64,000 nt of DNA from Verrucomicrobiota bacterium (GCA_038209745.1 JBBQXJ010000012.1:5429-69428), one strand, 5' to 3'; positions 8,681-18,365 are shown, counted from the stretch's first letter. Translations and numbers: made by a program. The notes: generated by a model from the sequence alone, not told the origin.

Positions 8681-8743
8681 GTTCCCTATCTGTGTGAATC
8701 TGTGTCCATCTGTGGTTGTCCTCTTCCCCCATGACTGAACGCG
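8681..8743 (-). repeat. Direct repeat copy A: the 28-nt repeat fused to a copy of the lutC start region
   Basis: ATCTGTGTGAATCTGTGTCCATCTGTGG (8688-8715) is followed by TTGTCCTCTTCCCCCATGACTGAACGCG. The last 13 nt are identical to the real lutC start at 9128-9140. Confidence 0.8.
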
Positions 8744-8997
8744 CTTCAACGCCCCAACCCAAACCAGCGGCAGCCATTAGCTGGAGGTCGAGGAGCGCGT
8801 TGCGCGACGACACCTCCGATTCGCCGCCCAAACATTCACGACCCCATCGGGATCGCAGCAGGCCGCCAACCTCCAATTCCGCTGGCATCCTTTCCGGATG
8901 CGTCCCGTGGCTCCGCCCGGTCCGGGCGTGTCGCTCCGCTCAACCCCCGGCCAATCGCTGTCAGCCTTCCAGGCTGAAGACAGACCGATCCTTCGTC

Positions 8998-9058
8998 GTT
9001 TCCCATCTGTGTGAATCTGTGTCCATCTGTGGTTTCTCCACTTCCCCGACTGAACGCG
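8998..9058 (-). repeat. Direct repeat copy B: the 28-nt repeat fused to a degraded copy of the lutC start region
   Basis: 9005-9032 is 28/28 identical to 8688-8715. It is followed by TTTCTCCACTTCCCC-GACTGAACGCG, in which the ATG has been lost. Confidence 0.8.
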
Positions 9059-9127
9059 TAGCGACTCCCGCTACCTTTCCCCGTCTGCGTCCTTCCGCAT
9101 TTTCCGCGGTTAACTCCCCCTTCTCCC

Positions 9128-9835
9128 ATGACTGAACGCGAAAAAATCCTCGGCCGCATCCGCGAAGCCCTGACCCTCTCCGCCCCGCCTCCCGGCGAAC
9201 ACGGACCGGACACCGACGCCCACGGCGGGCACCCGATCCAATTCGCCCCGCGTGCCGCCGCCACCCACGCCCGCGAGTGGTTGCCCAAGGCCGCGGAGAC
9301 CTTCGAGGCGCAGGTCGAGCAGTTCCGCGCCTGCTCGGACGATCTCAAGACCGAGTTCATCGTCGCCGATTCGTTGGCCGACTTGCCCAAGATCCTCGGC
9401 GATCTCCGCCAACGCGAAGGCTGGAAGGGAGCCGCCGCGCACAAGGGCGAATTGACCGACGCCGCCGTCCACGCCTTGGGCCTGCCCACGCTGACCGTCG
9501 ACGGCGGCTACGACGTCCACGCGCTGGAGCGTTGCGACGTCGGCATCACCGAATGCGACGCGCTCGTGGCCCAGACCGGCACGCTCGTCGTCAACTCCCG
9601 CACCTCCGGCGGACGCGCCCTGTCCATTCTGCCGCCGCACCACCTGGTCATCGCCCGGCGCGACCAGCTCATGGCCGATCTCCCCGCCGCCTTCGAGGCC
9701 ATCCAGGCCAAATACGCGCCGGACTTTCCCAGCATGATCTCCCTCGTCACCGGCCCCAGCCGCACCGGCGACATCGAGCGCATCCTCGTCCTCGGCGCCC
9801 ACGGCCCGAAGAAACTGACCGTCGTGCTGGTCTGA
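9128..9835 (+). CDS. lutC: Lactate utilization protein C (LUD domain)
   Basis: 235 aa with YkgG/LutC-type LUD-domain motifs (DVGITECDALVAQTGTLVV and LPPHHLVIARRDQL). Confidence 0.9.
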   Translation: MTEREKILGRIREALTLSAPPPGEHGPDTDAHGGHPIQFAPRAAATHAREWLPKAAETFEAQVEQFRACSDDLKTEFIVADSLADLPKILGDLRQREGWKGAAAHKGELTDAAVHALGLPTLTVDGGYDVHALERCDVGITECDALVAQTGTLVVNSRTSGGRALSILPPHHLVIARRDQLMADLPAAFEAIQAKYAPDFPSMISLVTGPSRTGDIERILVLGAHGPKKLTVVLV

Positions 9836-10078
9836 ATGGTCGATCAGCCACAGCACCGTCGCGGTGAGCGTGCTCCGCGCCGATTGCGCCCAAGCCGATG
9901 CTTGGGGCGCGGCTCTCAATGTCCTCGGGGCCGATCACGGACTTGCCGCCGCGGACAAGCTTGGGCTTGCCGTCCAGTTCACCGTCGAGGATGAAGACGG
10001 GGCGCTGTGGCTGGTTCCAAGCCATTGGCGGCCCGCCCGATAAGCGAAACTTCATCCGATTCAACCGCGTCTACCCGC

Positions 10079-12337
10079 ATGGTGCGTCTGCTCCGAACAC
10101 GTCTCTGGATCGTCCCGTTGATCATCGCCGGGCTGGTGGCGGCATTTGGCTGGTGGGGCAACGGCCGGCTCCGGCAGGTCATCGTCACAGACCTGCAGGG
10201 CGACCTTTCGACGGCCATCAATGCCAACGTGACCGCGTTGGAGATCTGGACCACCAACCAGATGAAGCTGGCCACCGCGCTGGCGGATGAGCCCAGATTC
10301 CGCCAGCTCGCCGATCAAACTCTCGAGCAGTTCGCCGCGAATCCCCGGCCAAACCAGGGATCCTCCAGTGCCGAGGAGTTGGCGACGTATCTCCGTCCGA
10401 GACTGAACAAGATCGGCTATGAGATCGCCGAGCTGGTGAGCACGAACTTCTCCTTCGCCGCCAATACGATGAGCCCGCGCGGCCGGAGCCGCCGCAACTC
10501 GACGGTGCTGGACGAGCACATGGCGAAGTTCGCCGAGCTGTTCACCCACGGTGAGCCGATTCTGATCACGCCGTTCAAACCGAAACGGCCACCGGGGCCC
10601 TCTCCGTTTCAAGGACGCCGCGACGGACCGGCGCGCCCCGAAGGAGGACCCGGACGAGGCTTAGACGACCGCCCACCGTCCCGGCGGACCAATGAGCCGC
10701 CCGCCCGGATCGGCGCGGCCCTGAACCGCGCCCGCATGGGCGACCGGACGTTGATGCAGGTCGCGGCGCCGGTGCGGAACGACGACGGCGTGATCCTTGG
10801 GGCGTTGGCCCTGATCATCAATCCGGACGAGGAGTTCACCCGGATCCTGTCGGTCGCCAGGTCGGGTCGCTCGGGGGAAACGTATGCGTTCGACCAGCAC
10901 GGTCTGATGATTTCACGCAGCCGTTTCGACGATACGCTCAAGCAGCTTGGGCTCATCGAAAACCGTGCCGGAGCCAGTTCCGCGCTGAATCTGCGGCTCA
11001 GCGATCCAGGCAGGGACTTCCCGACCCGGGTCGAGCCCGAGGAGACCAATTCGATCACGCGCCCCCTGATCCAACTCGTGTCCTCGGCCTTCGCGACGAA
11101 CCAAGGTGTGAGCATCTCCGCAGCGCGCGACTACCGCGGAGTGCCCGTGATCGGAGCGTGGCACTGGCTGCCGCACCTGGGCTTCGGCGTGATCACGCAG
11201 ATCGACGCGGAGGAGGCCTTCCGCCCGTTGAACGTCCTCAAATCGATCTTCCTGATCCTCGTTCTGCTGTTGCTGCTGTGTTCCATCGGCATGTTCGTCT
11301 TTTCCTATCTCGGCTCGATTTCCAGACGGCGTCTGACCGAGGTGGAGCTGAAGCTGAAACAGCTCGGCCAATACACGCTGGAGGAGAAGATCGGCGAGGG
11401 AGGCATGGGCGTCGTCTACCGCGCCCGCCATGCGCTCATGCGCCGCGACACCGCCGTGAAGCTGCTCCCGCCCGACAAGGCCCATCCCGAGGCCATCGCC
11501 CGTTTCGAGCGCGAAGTCTGCCTCACCTGCCAGCTCACCCATCCGAACACCATCCAGGTCTACGACTACGGCCACACGCCCGAAGGCGTCTTCTACTTCG
11601 CCATGGAGTATCTCAACGGCCTGAACCTCCACGATCTGGTCGATCGCTTCGGCCCGCTGCCCGAAGGCCGCGTGATCCACATCCTGACGCAGGTCTGCGC
11701 CTCCCTCGCCGAAGCCCACGCGCTCGGCCTCGTCCACCGCGACATCAAGCCGGCCAATGTCTTCCTCTGCGACCGGGGTGGCCTGCCCGATCTCGTGAAG
11801 GTGCTGGATTTCGGCCTCGTGCGACAGTTCCTGAAAGCCGATGGCGCCGTGCCCGACGCGACCCCCGAGAGGGGCGCGGTCGGCACGCCCTCGTTCATGT
11901 CTCCGGAGGCGATCCGCGATCCCAACCGCAGCGATCCCCGCAGCGACATCTACGCGATCGGCGCGCTCGGCTACTTCCTCCTCACCGCCCACAACGTCTT
12001 CGAAGGCGACAATCTCGTCGACCTCTACGCCCGCCACTTGAAGGAGCGCCCAGCCCAGCCCAGCAGCCGCACCGACAACAAGATCACGCCCGAGCTCGAA
12101 CAGATCTTGCTGAAATGCCTGGAGAAAGATCCCGCTAACCGCCCGCCCCACGTCGTCCGTCTGCGCGAACAATTTGCGACCAGCCCGGCGGCGGCCGATT
12201 GGAGCCCGGTCGCCCGCTCCAGCTGGTGGAACCAATACCATCGCGAAGCCGGCAACGAAGAGGCTTCGCGCCGCCACCCCACCCCGATCGCCGACGCCAC
12301 GGTCCTGATCGATTTCGCGACCCGGATCCACGAGTGA
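10079..12337 (+). CDS. Transmembrane Ser/Thr protein kinase with an N-terminal Cache-like extracytoplasmic sensor
   Basis: Hanks kinase motifs are present (GEGGMGVVYRA, HRDIKPANV, DFG, SPE). The kinase is preceded by a TM helix, a ~380-aa ectodomain and a second TM helix. The ATG at 10079 (MVRLLRTRLWIVPLIIAG) is preferred over the ORF-track start at 10007. Confidence 0.85.
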   Translation: MVRLLRTRLWIVPLIIAGLVAAFGWWGNGRLRQVIVTDLQGDLSTAINANVTALEIWTTNQMKLATALADEPRFRQLADQTLEQFAANPRPNQGSSSAEELATYLRPRLNKIGYEIAELVSTNFSFAANTMSPRGRSRRNSTVLDEHMAKFAELFTHGEPILITPFKPKRPPGPSPFQGRRDGPARPEGGPGRGLDDRPPSRRTNEPPARIGAALNRARMGDRTLMQVAAPVRNDDGVILGALALIINPDEEFTRILSVARSGRSGETYAFDQHGLMISRSRFDDTLKQLGLIENRAGASSALNLRLSDPGRDFPTRVEPEETNSITRPLIQLVSSAFATNQGVSISAARDYRGVPVIGAWHWLPHLGFGVITQIDAEEAFRPLNVLKSIFLILVLLLLLCSIGMFVFSYLGSISRRRLTEVELKLKQLGQYTLEEKIGEGGMGVVYRARHALMRRDTAVKLLPPDKAHPEAIARFEREVCLTCQLTHPNTIQVYDYGHTPEGVFYFAMEYLNGLNLHDLVDRFGPLPEGRVIHILTQVCASLAEAHALGLVHRDIKPANVFLCDRGGLPDLVKVLDFGLVRQFLKADGAVPDATPERGAVGTPSFMSPEAIRDPNRSDPRSDIYAIGALGYFLLTAHNVFEGDNLVDLYARHLKERPAQPSSRTDNKITPELEQILLKCLEKDPANRPPHVVRLREQFATSPAAADWSPVARSSWWNQYHREAGNEEASRRHPTPIADATVLIDFATRIHE

Positions 12338-12392
12338 GAGCAAGAGGCGGGGCGACGGCTCCCGCCGAACCGCCCGGGGACGAACTCCTCTC

Positions 12393-12677
12393 TTGCATGC
12401 GATTCTGGCAACTCCGGAGCGTTCCGGAGTCGCCGTGAAGTGCCGAGGACGCGAATATCTGCGGATCATCTACGGACCGGAATACACCGCGCCGGAGAAG
12501 CTTGAACGCCTCCGTTCGCGCGGCCTGAAGACCAAGCGCTCGCTGGCTCTGCGCGAGTTTGCCCCGGGCATTGAAGGACTAGGGAGTTTCGTCGCCAAGG
12601 GAGCGCTCCGGCGTCTCCATGAATGCGTCTTCGGAGTGCAGGCGTTGGAAAGCGAACCCGTGGACCCCGGACTCTAG
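12393..12677 (+). pseudogene. Orphan C-terminal fragment of a polynucleotide kinase-phosphatase (Pnkp, RNA repair)-like gene
   Basis: ...VKCRGREYLRIIYGPEYTAPEKLERLRSRGLKTKRSLALREF...HECVFGVQALESEPVDPGL resembles, from memory, the extreme C-terminus of bacterial Pnkp proteins (~850 aa). Only about 85 codons are present. The ORF has a TTG pseudo-start and there is no hen1 nearby. Confidence 0.5.
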
Positions 12678-12684
12678 CCGAACG

Positions 12685-15375
12685 TCAGACGATATGCCTG
12701 CCGCCGCCGTCGTGACCTTCTCCGTCCAGGTCGATGAGGACGTCGCGTGCCTTGGCGCCGTTGGACGGGCCGATGATGCCCATGTCCTCCAACTGGTCCA
12801 TGATCCGCGCAGCGCGGCCGTAGCCGAGGCCGAGCCGGCGCTGGAGGAGCGAGGTGCTGGCCTTCTGTTCCTCACGGAGAATCTGGATGCACTTGTCGAT
12901 GAGCTCCTCGTCCTCGCCGGAGCCTTCCCCGTCGAGATCGAGATCGCGCGAGGGTTTCTGGAGCTGCTTATGGATCTCCATCTCGTAGCTCGGCTTGCCC
13001 TGCTTCGCGATGTGGTCGACGAGCTGCTGGAGCTCTTCGTCGGTGATGAGCACGCCCTGGATGCGGGTGAGCTTCGCGGAGCCGGGAGGCAGAAAAAGCA
13101 TGTCGCCCTTGCCCAGCAGCTTGTCCGCGCCCATCTGGTCCAGAATGGTGCGGGAGTCGACCTTGCTGGCGACCTGGAAGGCGATGCGCGCGGGGATGTT
13201 CGCCTTGATCACGCCGGTGATGACGTCGACGGAAGGACGCTGCGTGGCGACGATGCAGTGGATGCCGGCGGCGCGGGCCATCTGGGTGATGCGGGCAATG
13301 GCCATCTCCACGTCGGCGGGGGCGACCAGCATCAGGTCCGCGAGCTCGTCGATGATGACGACGATGTACGAGAGCTTGTCGGGAATGACGATGTCCTCGT
13401 CGCGGGGGACGACGATCTCCTCGTCGAGCTCGACGGCAAAACCTTCGGAACTGATCTCCACCTTCTCCTTGTTGGAGGTGAGCAGAAGTTCGGGTTCGGA
13501 AACCTTGGGCGGGGGAGGCGTCTTGGGGCGGTCGTTGAACGACTTGATGTTCCGGACCCCCACCTTGGCGAAGATCTGGTAGCGCTTCTCCATCTCGTTC
13601 ACCACCCAGCGCAGCGCGAGGACGACCTTCTTGGGATCGGTGACGACGGGGACGACCAAGTGCGGGAGGGCGTTGTATTGCTGCAGCTCGACGACCTTGG
13701 GATCGATCATCACGAAGCGGAGCTGGTCGGGGGCGAAGCGGTAGAGCAACGACGCGATGATGGCGTTGATGCAGACCGATTTTCCCGAGCCGGTGCTGCC
13801 GGCGACCAGCATGTGCGGCATGTCGGAAAGGTCCGCGATGACGGGATGACCGTAGACGTCTTTGCCCAGGGCGATGGGGAGACGCGCCTTGGACTTGTGC
13901 CATTCGTCCGACTCCAACAGATCGCGCATGATGACCTTCGTCTTCACGGCGTTGGCCACTTCGATGCCGACGGAGGACTTGCCGGGAACAGGCGCCAGGA
14001 TGTTGATGCGCTCGGCTTTGAGCGCGGCGGCGATGTTGTTCGAGAGGGCGGAGATCTTCTCCAGCTTCACGCCGGGCGCGGGATGCAGCTCGTAGCGGGT
14101 GATGGTGGGGCCGCGGGTGATGTCGCCGAGGGCGACCTCGATGCCGAACTGCGCCAGGGTCTGTTGCATGAGCCGCGCGTTGGCCAGGAGCAGCTCCTTG
14201 CTTTCGCCGGCCTGCACGGTGGTGTCCGGGAAATTGAGAAAATCCACCGTGGGCAGCTCGTAGTTCCCGATCGAAGGGGTCGCGGCCACGGTGATGCGCT
14301 TGGGCTTGCGGGCCGTAAGCCTCGGCTTGGCCGACGAACCGGCGCCACGAGGCGAAGAGTCCCCTTCCCCGTCTTCGTCGAACATCGGCGCGGCACCTTC
14401 ATCGTCCGGGTTCCAAGGCGGAGCGCCTTCTTCCGACCGACCCGACACCGGGTCTCCGGTGGCGGCCGCCCGCACTTCGGCGGCGGGAATGGTTTCCCCT
14501 TCTTCCAGCTTGGCGGACCGGTTTTCAGAGCTGCCTTCATCGGATCGCTTACGGGCGAGCGCGGCGGCAGGTCGGGGCACAGGAATGCTGTGGTCGCGGA
14601 TGGTCGGCTCGGGCACGGGCTGGAGGTCGGCACCCAATCCGGACCGGGCTTCGTCGGGTTCGGGCTCGGCATCTTTGGCGCCCTTCGTCTTGCGGGCGCT
14701 CTTTTGCATCTGCTTCTCTAGGTCCTTGGCCTGCTTCTCCAGATCGCGACGGCGACGGGCGAGCTCGCGCTCTTCGGGAGTGGCTTCGGGATCGATCTTC
14801 TCACGGCTGGTAATGGAGTGGATCCAATCACGCAGGTGGAAGTTCGTGAGGAACAGGAGGCTGATCCCGTAGAGGGTGGCGAGGACGATGATCCCGCCCA
14901 CCTTGCCGACGGTCATCAGGGAGCCGCCTTTCAGGGAGGTGCCGATGATGCCGCCGGAGCTGGGAGCCCCGAGGCTGGACCTGATGTTCTGGAGCACGGT
15001 CCAGTCGATCTCGAACAGGCTGAGCATTCCCATCGCGCTGGCCAGCAGGCCCAATATCCAGGGCCAGCGTCGGGTCAACCAGGCGAAGCGCTCAAAGAAG
15101 CAACCAAGCGCGGCGGCGAACATCCCGAAGGGTACGAGGAAGCCGACCGCACCGAAGACGTTGAACATCACCACGGAGAGCGTCGCTCCGATGGGGCCCA
15201 CCAGGTTGTGCGGGTTGGCGTTCGGCGTGGAGACGTTGAAGCCCGAATCCGCCTTGTCGTGGGACATGAGGGCGATCAACAGCAGGAGCCCGAGCGCGAT
15301 CAGCACGATCCCGACGACTTCGTGCGTTTGGCGCTTGGGTTCCGATTCCACCGTCTTTTCTGCTCCGCGAGGCAT
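12685..15375 (-). CDS. ftsK: DNA translocase FtsK
   Basis: 896 aa with N-terminal TM helices, a Pro/Glu/Ala-rich linker, a motor domain with Walker A (GSTGSGKS), and a C-terminal gamma winged-helix (LLQRRLGLGYGRAARIMDQLE). Confidence 0.95.
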   Translation of the reverse strand: MPRGAEKTVESEPKRQTHEVVGIVLIALGLLLLIALMSHDKADSGFNVSTPNANPHNLVGPIGATLSVVMFNVFGAVGFLVPFGMFAAALGCFFERFAWLTRRWPWILGLLASAMGMLSLFEIDWTVLQNIRSSLGAPSSGGIIGTSLKGGSLMTVGKVGGIIVLATLYGISLLFLTNFHLRDWIHSITSREKIDPEATPEERELARRRRDLEKQAKDLEKQMQKSARKTKGAKDAEPEPDEARSGLGADLQPVPEPTIRDHSIPVPRPAAALARKRSDEGSSENRSAKLEEGETIPAAEVRAAATGDPVSGRSEEGAPPWNPDDEGAAPMFDEDGEGDSSPRGAGSSAKPRLTARKPKRITVAATPSIGNYELPTVDFLNFPDTTVQAGESKELLLANARLMQQTLAQFGIEVALGDITRGPTITRYELHPAPGVKLEKISALSNNIAAALKAERINILAPVPGKSSVGIEVANAVKTKVIMRDLLESDEWHKSKARLPIALGKDVYGHPVIADLSDMPHMLVAGSTGSGKSVCINAIIASLLYRFAPDQLRFVMIDPKVVELQQYNALPHLVVPVVTDPKKVVLALRWVVNEMEKRYQIFAKVGVRNIKSFNDRPKTPPPPKVSEPELLLTSNKEKVEISSEGFAVELDEEIVVPRDEDIVIPDKLSYIVVIIDELADLMLVAPADVEMAIARITQMARAAGIHCIVATQRPSVDVITGVIKANIPARIAFQVASKVDSRTILDQMGADKLLGKGDMLFLPPGSAKLTRIQGVLITDEELQQLVDHIAKQGKPSYEMEIHKQLQKPSRDLDLDGEGSGEDEELIDKCIQILREEQKASTSLLQRRLGLGYGRAARIMDQLEDMGIIGPSNGAKARDVLIDLDGEGHDGGGRHIV

Positions 15376-15410
15376 GCCGCGAGCCTAAGAGGGCACGGGG
15401 TCGGGTCAAA

Positions 15411-18365
15411 ATGAAACTTCCACGCGTGCAAAGATCGGGCCGAAGATTTCCCCTTCCAGAAGGATCGATCCTGCCGATGCCATGGAAGATGACCGTTTCT
15501 GTGCCCGCCGACGATGCGAGGCGACTGGCTGCCCTTCGCCGGTATGACATCCTCGACACCGGACCGGAGGAGGCCTTCGACGAAATCACGCGGACCGCCG
15601 CGCGGATGTTCGAGGTGCCGATCTCACTGGTCTCGCTCGACGACGGCTGCCGGCATTGGTTCAAGTCGCACACTGGATGGGAGCAGACCGAGATCGCCCC
15701 GGAAATCTCGTTCTGCAGCCACGCGCTGCTCACGGGTGACATCATGGAAGTCCCGGACGCAACCCTGGACGAACGGTTCAGCTCCAATCCATTGGTCAGC
15801 GGCGCTTTCGGGGTCCGGTTCTATGCCGGGGCGCCCTTGGTCACCCAAGATGGTTTCCCCGTCGGCACCCTGTGTCTCGTCGACGTCCGCCCCAAGCTCC
15901 TGACCCCACAGGAAAGGGATCTTCTCCGGTTCATGGGGAACCAGGTGGTGGCCCTTCTGGAACTGCGACGAAAAGCAACCGAGCTCGCTCGTCGCGAGGA
16001 ACAGCTGGAGAACGCCTTCGACGCGGCAGGACTCGGCGTCTGGGAGTGGGACATCGACTCGGGGACCGTCAACTGGTCTTCGCAGGCCAAGACGCTGCTC
16101 GGGCTGCCCGCGTCCGACGAATTGTTCTCGCTCGAATCGCTCCGGACCCAGTTTCTCGCCGAAGACGTCGACCAGGCGGAGCCGTCTTTCAATGCCTGCA
16201 TCTCGGGCACGGCGGATCGACTTCGGATCGAGCTGCGGGCCTTCGTCGGTGGCTCGGCGCCGCGCTGGTTTCAGTTCGAGGGACGAACCCATCGCAACCG
16301 GGACTCCGATCGACGCCGCATGACCGGGGTCATCCGCGACGTGACCGCCCAAAAGGCGCGCGACGAGGTGATCCGGACGAGCGAACGCCACTTCCGCAGC
16401 TACTTCGAGATGCCGCTGGTCGGCTTTGCCGAATCGACACCGGACATGCGCTGGATCGAGGCCAACCCAAGGTTTTGCGAGATGATGGGCTACACGTGGG
16501 ACGAGCTCCACGGCCGATCATGGGCGTCGCTGACCCATCCAGAAGATCTCGCCTCCGATCTGGGACCCTTCGAGGAGGTCATCGCCGGAAGATCGGATGG
16601 CTATTCACTCGAGAAACGATACGTCCGGAAGGACGGTTCCATCCTTCACGCCGAGATCTCAGTCCGCTGCCTGCGCCGGCCCGACGGTTCCGCGGAATCC
16701 TTCGCCGCCATGGTGCAGGACATATCGGAGCGCAAACAAACCGAACTGGCCCTGCGCGAAAACGAACGGCGGCTCTCCCTCATCTTCAACAACGCGACCG
16801 ATGCAATGGTCTTGATCCGGGTTCAGGCCAAGACGGAATTCCATATCGTATCGGCGAACGCCCGCTTCGTGGAACGCCTCTCCGGCCAAGCCGGCGATCT
16901 CTACGACGAAGACATCGTGGGCCGCCCCGTGACGGAGCTGACCGGATCCATCTTCGGAGTCGACGCCGCCACGGGTCGTTCCACGGTGGAGCGGCTGGCC
17001 CGCATCGCCGAAGAGTGCGTCCCCGAGACGTTCGAAGAGCGGATCCAAGGGGCCGCGGGGATGCAGTCCGGTGAAACCGTGCTCACCCCGGTGTCCGATT
17101 CATCGGGCCGCTGCGTGTTCATCCTCTATTCGTCCCGCGACATCACCGAGCGGGACCAGGCCCGGGACGAGCGCGACCTGCTGGAAGCCCAACTCCGCCA
17201 AGCCCAAAAAATGGAGGCCATGGGCACCCTTGCCGGCGGCATTGCCCACGATTTCAACAACATCCTCGGCGCCATCATGGCGTATACCGATCTGGCCTTG
17301 ATGGACCAAGGCGATCATGCCGCCCAGAAGGAGGACTTCGCGCAGATCATGAAAGGCAGCGACCGGGCCAGGAAACTCGTCGAGCAGATCCTGTCCTTCA
17401 GCCAGCAACAAAAGCAGGAGCGGCGCCCCGTCCGGCTCAAACCCGTGCTCACTGAAGTGTTGCGCCTGCTCCGTTCCACCCTGCCCGCTTCGGTCAACCT
17501 CGACGTCTTGATCCAGCCCGATACGCCCACCGTTCTGGCAGATCCGACCCAGATCCATCAAATCATCATAAACCTCTCGACCAACGCCTCCCACGCCATG
17601 CGCGGCGAAGGCACGCTGGGCATCAGACTGGAAGGCGTTTGGGTGGACCAGAACACGGCCGCAGACACCCCCGATCTCCGCGTCGGCCCCTACGCGCTCC
17701 TGACCCTCACGGATACCGGTCATGGGATGCCCGCACAGACCATGAAACGGATCTTCGAGCCCTTTTTCACGACGAAACCACCGGGCGAAGGCACTGGCCT
17801 CGGACTGTCGGTCACCCATGGCATCGTCAAGGAACATGAAGGCGCCATCACCGTCGCCAGCCAACCCGGCCACGGAACGACGTTCCGCATCTATTTCCCC
17901 GAGCATGCGGTCCCGGCCGCGAACGACCTCTCGGCCCACCCGGCGATCCTTGGCGGCCAAGGAGCACTCGTGCTGGTGGTGGACGACGAACCCGCCATCT
18001 GCCACGCCGTGGGCGGCTCTCTCCAACGCATCGGCTACGAAGTCGCCCTGGCCAACTCCGCCCGTCAGGGCCTCGAAATTTTCAGCGCGGCCCCGGAAGC
18101 GTTCGACGCTGTCATCACGGACCTCAACATGCCGGGCATGACCGGTCCCGACCTCGCGGCAAGATTGTTTGAAATCCGTCCCGGGATCCCGGTCTTCCTC
18201 GCCACCGGATTCAGCGCGCAGTGGAACCAAAAAGCAGCCCTTGAGTTCGGCTTCCGCGACATCCTCCACAAACCCGTCTCCATCACGACCCTGGCCCAAT
18301 CGCTCCATCGCGTGCTCCATCACGACGCTCCCTCCGATCCTGTCCTCGCAGACCCCGTCATCTGA
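15411..18365 (+). CDS. Hybrid sensor histidine kinase / response regulator (GAF-PAS-PAS-PAS-HisKA-HATPase-REC)
   Basis: GAF N-terminus ([14 protein letters not shown]), repeated PAS modules, an H-box ([13 protein letters not shown]), a G2 box (GTGLGLS) and a receiver domain (VLVVDDE...DLNMPGMTG). An alternative ATG lies at 15477. Confidence 0.9.
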   Translation: MKLPRVQRSGRRFPLPEGSILPMPWKMTVSVPADDARRLAALRRYDILDTGPEEAFDEITRTAARMFEVPISLVSLDDGCRHWFKSHTGWEQTEIAPEISFCSHALLTGDIMEVPDATLDERFSSNPLVSGAFGVRFYAGAPLVTQDGFPVGTLCLVDVRPKLLTPQERDLLRFMGNQVVALLELRRKATELARREEQLENAFDAAGLGVWEWDIDSGTVNWSSQAKTLLGLPASDELFSLESLRTQFLAEDVDQAEPSFNACISGTADRLRIELRAFVGGSAPRWFQFEGRTHRNRDSDRRRMTGVIRDVTAQKARDEVIRTSERHFRSYFEMPLVGFAESTPDMRWIEANPRFCEMMGYTWDELHGRSWASLTHPEDLASDLGPFEEVIAGRSDGYSLEKRYVRKDGSILHAEISVRCLRRPDGSAESFAAMVQDISERKQTELALRENERRLSLIFNNATDAMVLIRVQAKTEFHIVSANARFVERLSGQAGDLYDEDIVGRPVTELTGSIFGVDAATGRSTVERLARIAEECVPETFEERIQGAAGMQSGETVLTPVSDSSGRCVFILYSSRDITERDQARDERDLLEAQLRQAQKMEAMGTLAGGIAHDFNNILGAIMAYTDLALMDQGDHAAQKEDFAQIMKGSDRARKLVEQILSFSQQQKQERRPVRLKPVLTEVLRLLRSTLPASVNLDVLIQPDTPTVLADPTQIHQIIINLSTNASHAMRGEGTLGIRLEGVWVDQNTAADTPDLRVGPYALLTLTDTGHGMPAQTMKRIFEPFFTTKPPGEGTGLGLSVTHGIVKEHEGAITVASQPGHGTTFRIYFPEHAVPAANDLSAHPAILGGQGALVLVVDDEPAICHAVGGSLQRIGYEVALANSARQGLEIFSAAPEAFDAVITDLNMPGMTGPDLAARLFEIRPGIPVFLATGFSAQWNQKAALEFGFRDILHKPVSITTLAQSLHRVLHHDAPSDPVLADPVI

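Larger units (their letters stand above)
7861..8715. mobile_element. Low-GC (~50%) non-autonomous cassette bounded by 28-bp imperfect inverted repeats
   Basis: The left repeat is CCACAGATGAACACGGATGGACACAGAT (7861-7888). The reverse complement of 8688-8715 is CCACAGATGGACACAGATTCACACAGAT, a 24/28 match. The interior holds two small ORFs and no transposase. A 100-nt sample at 7921-8020 counted 49% GC. Confidence 0.6.

Noticed and set aside
9747-10064. A reverse-strand 105-aa ORF (MAWNQPQRPVFILDGELDGKPKLVRGGK...) in the lutC-kinase spacer.
   Set aside because: Only the first ~40 residues look protein-like. The rest is antisense to the lutC 3' end and is Arg/Gly-rich. It is possibly a gene remnant, but not supportable as a CDS.
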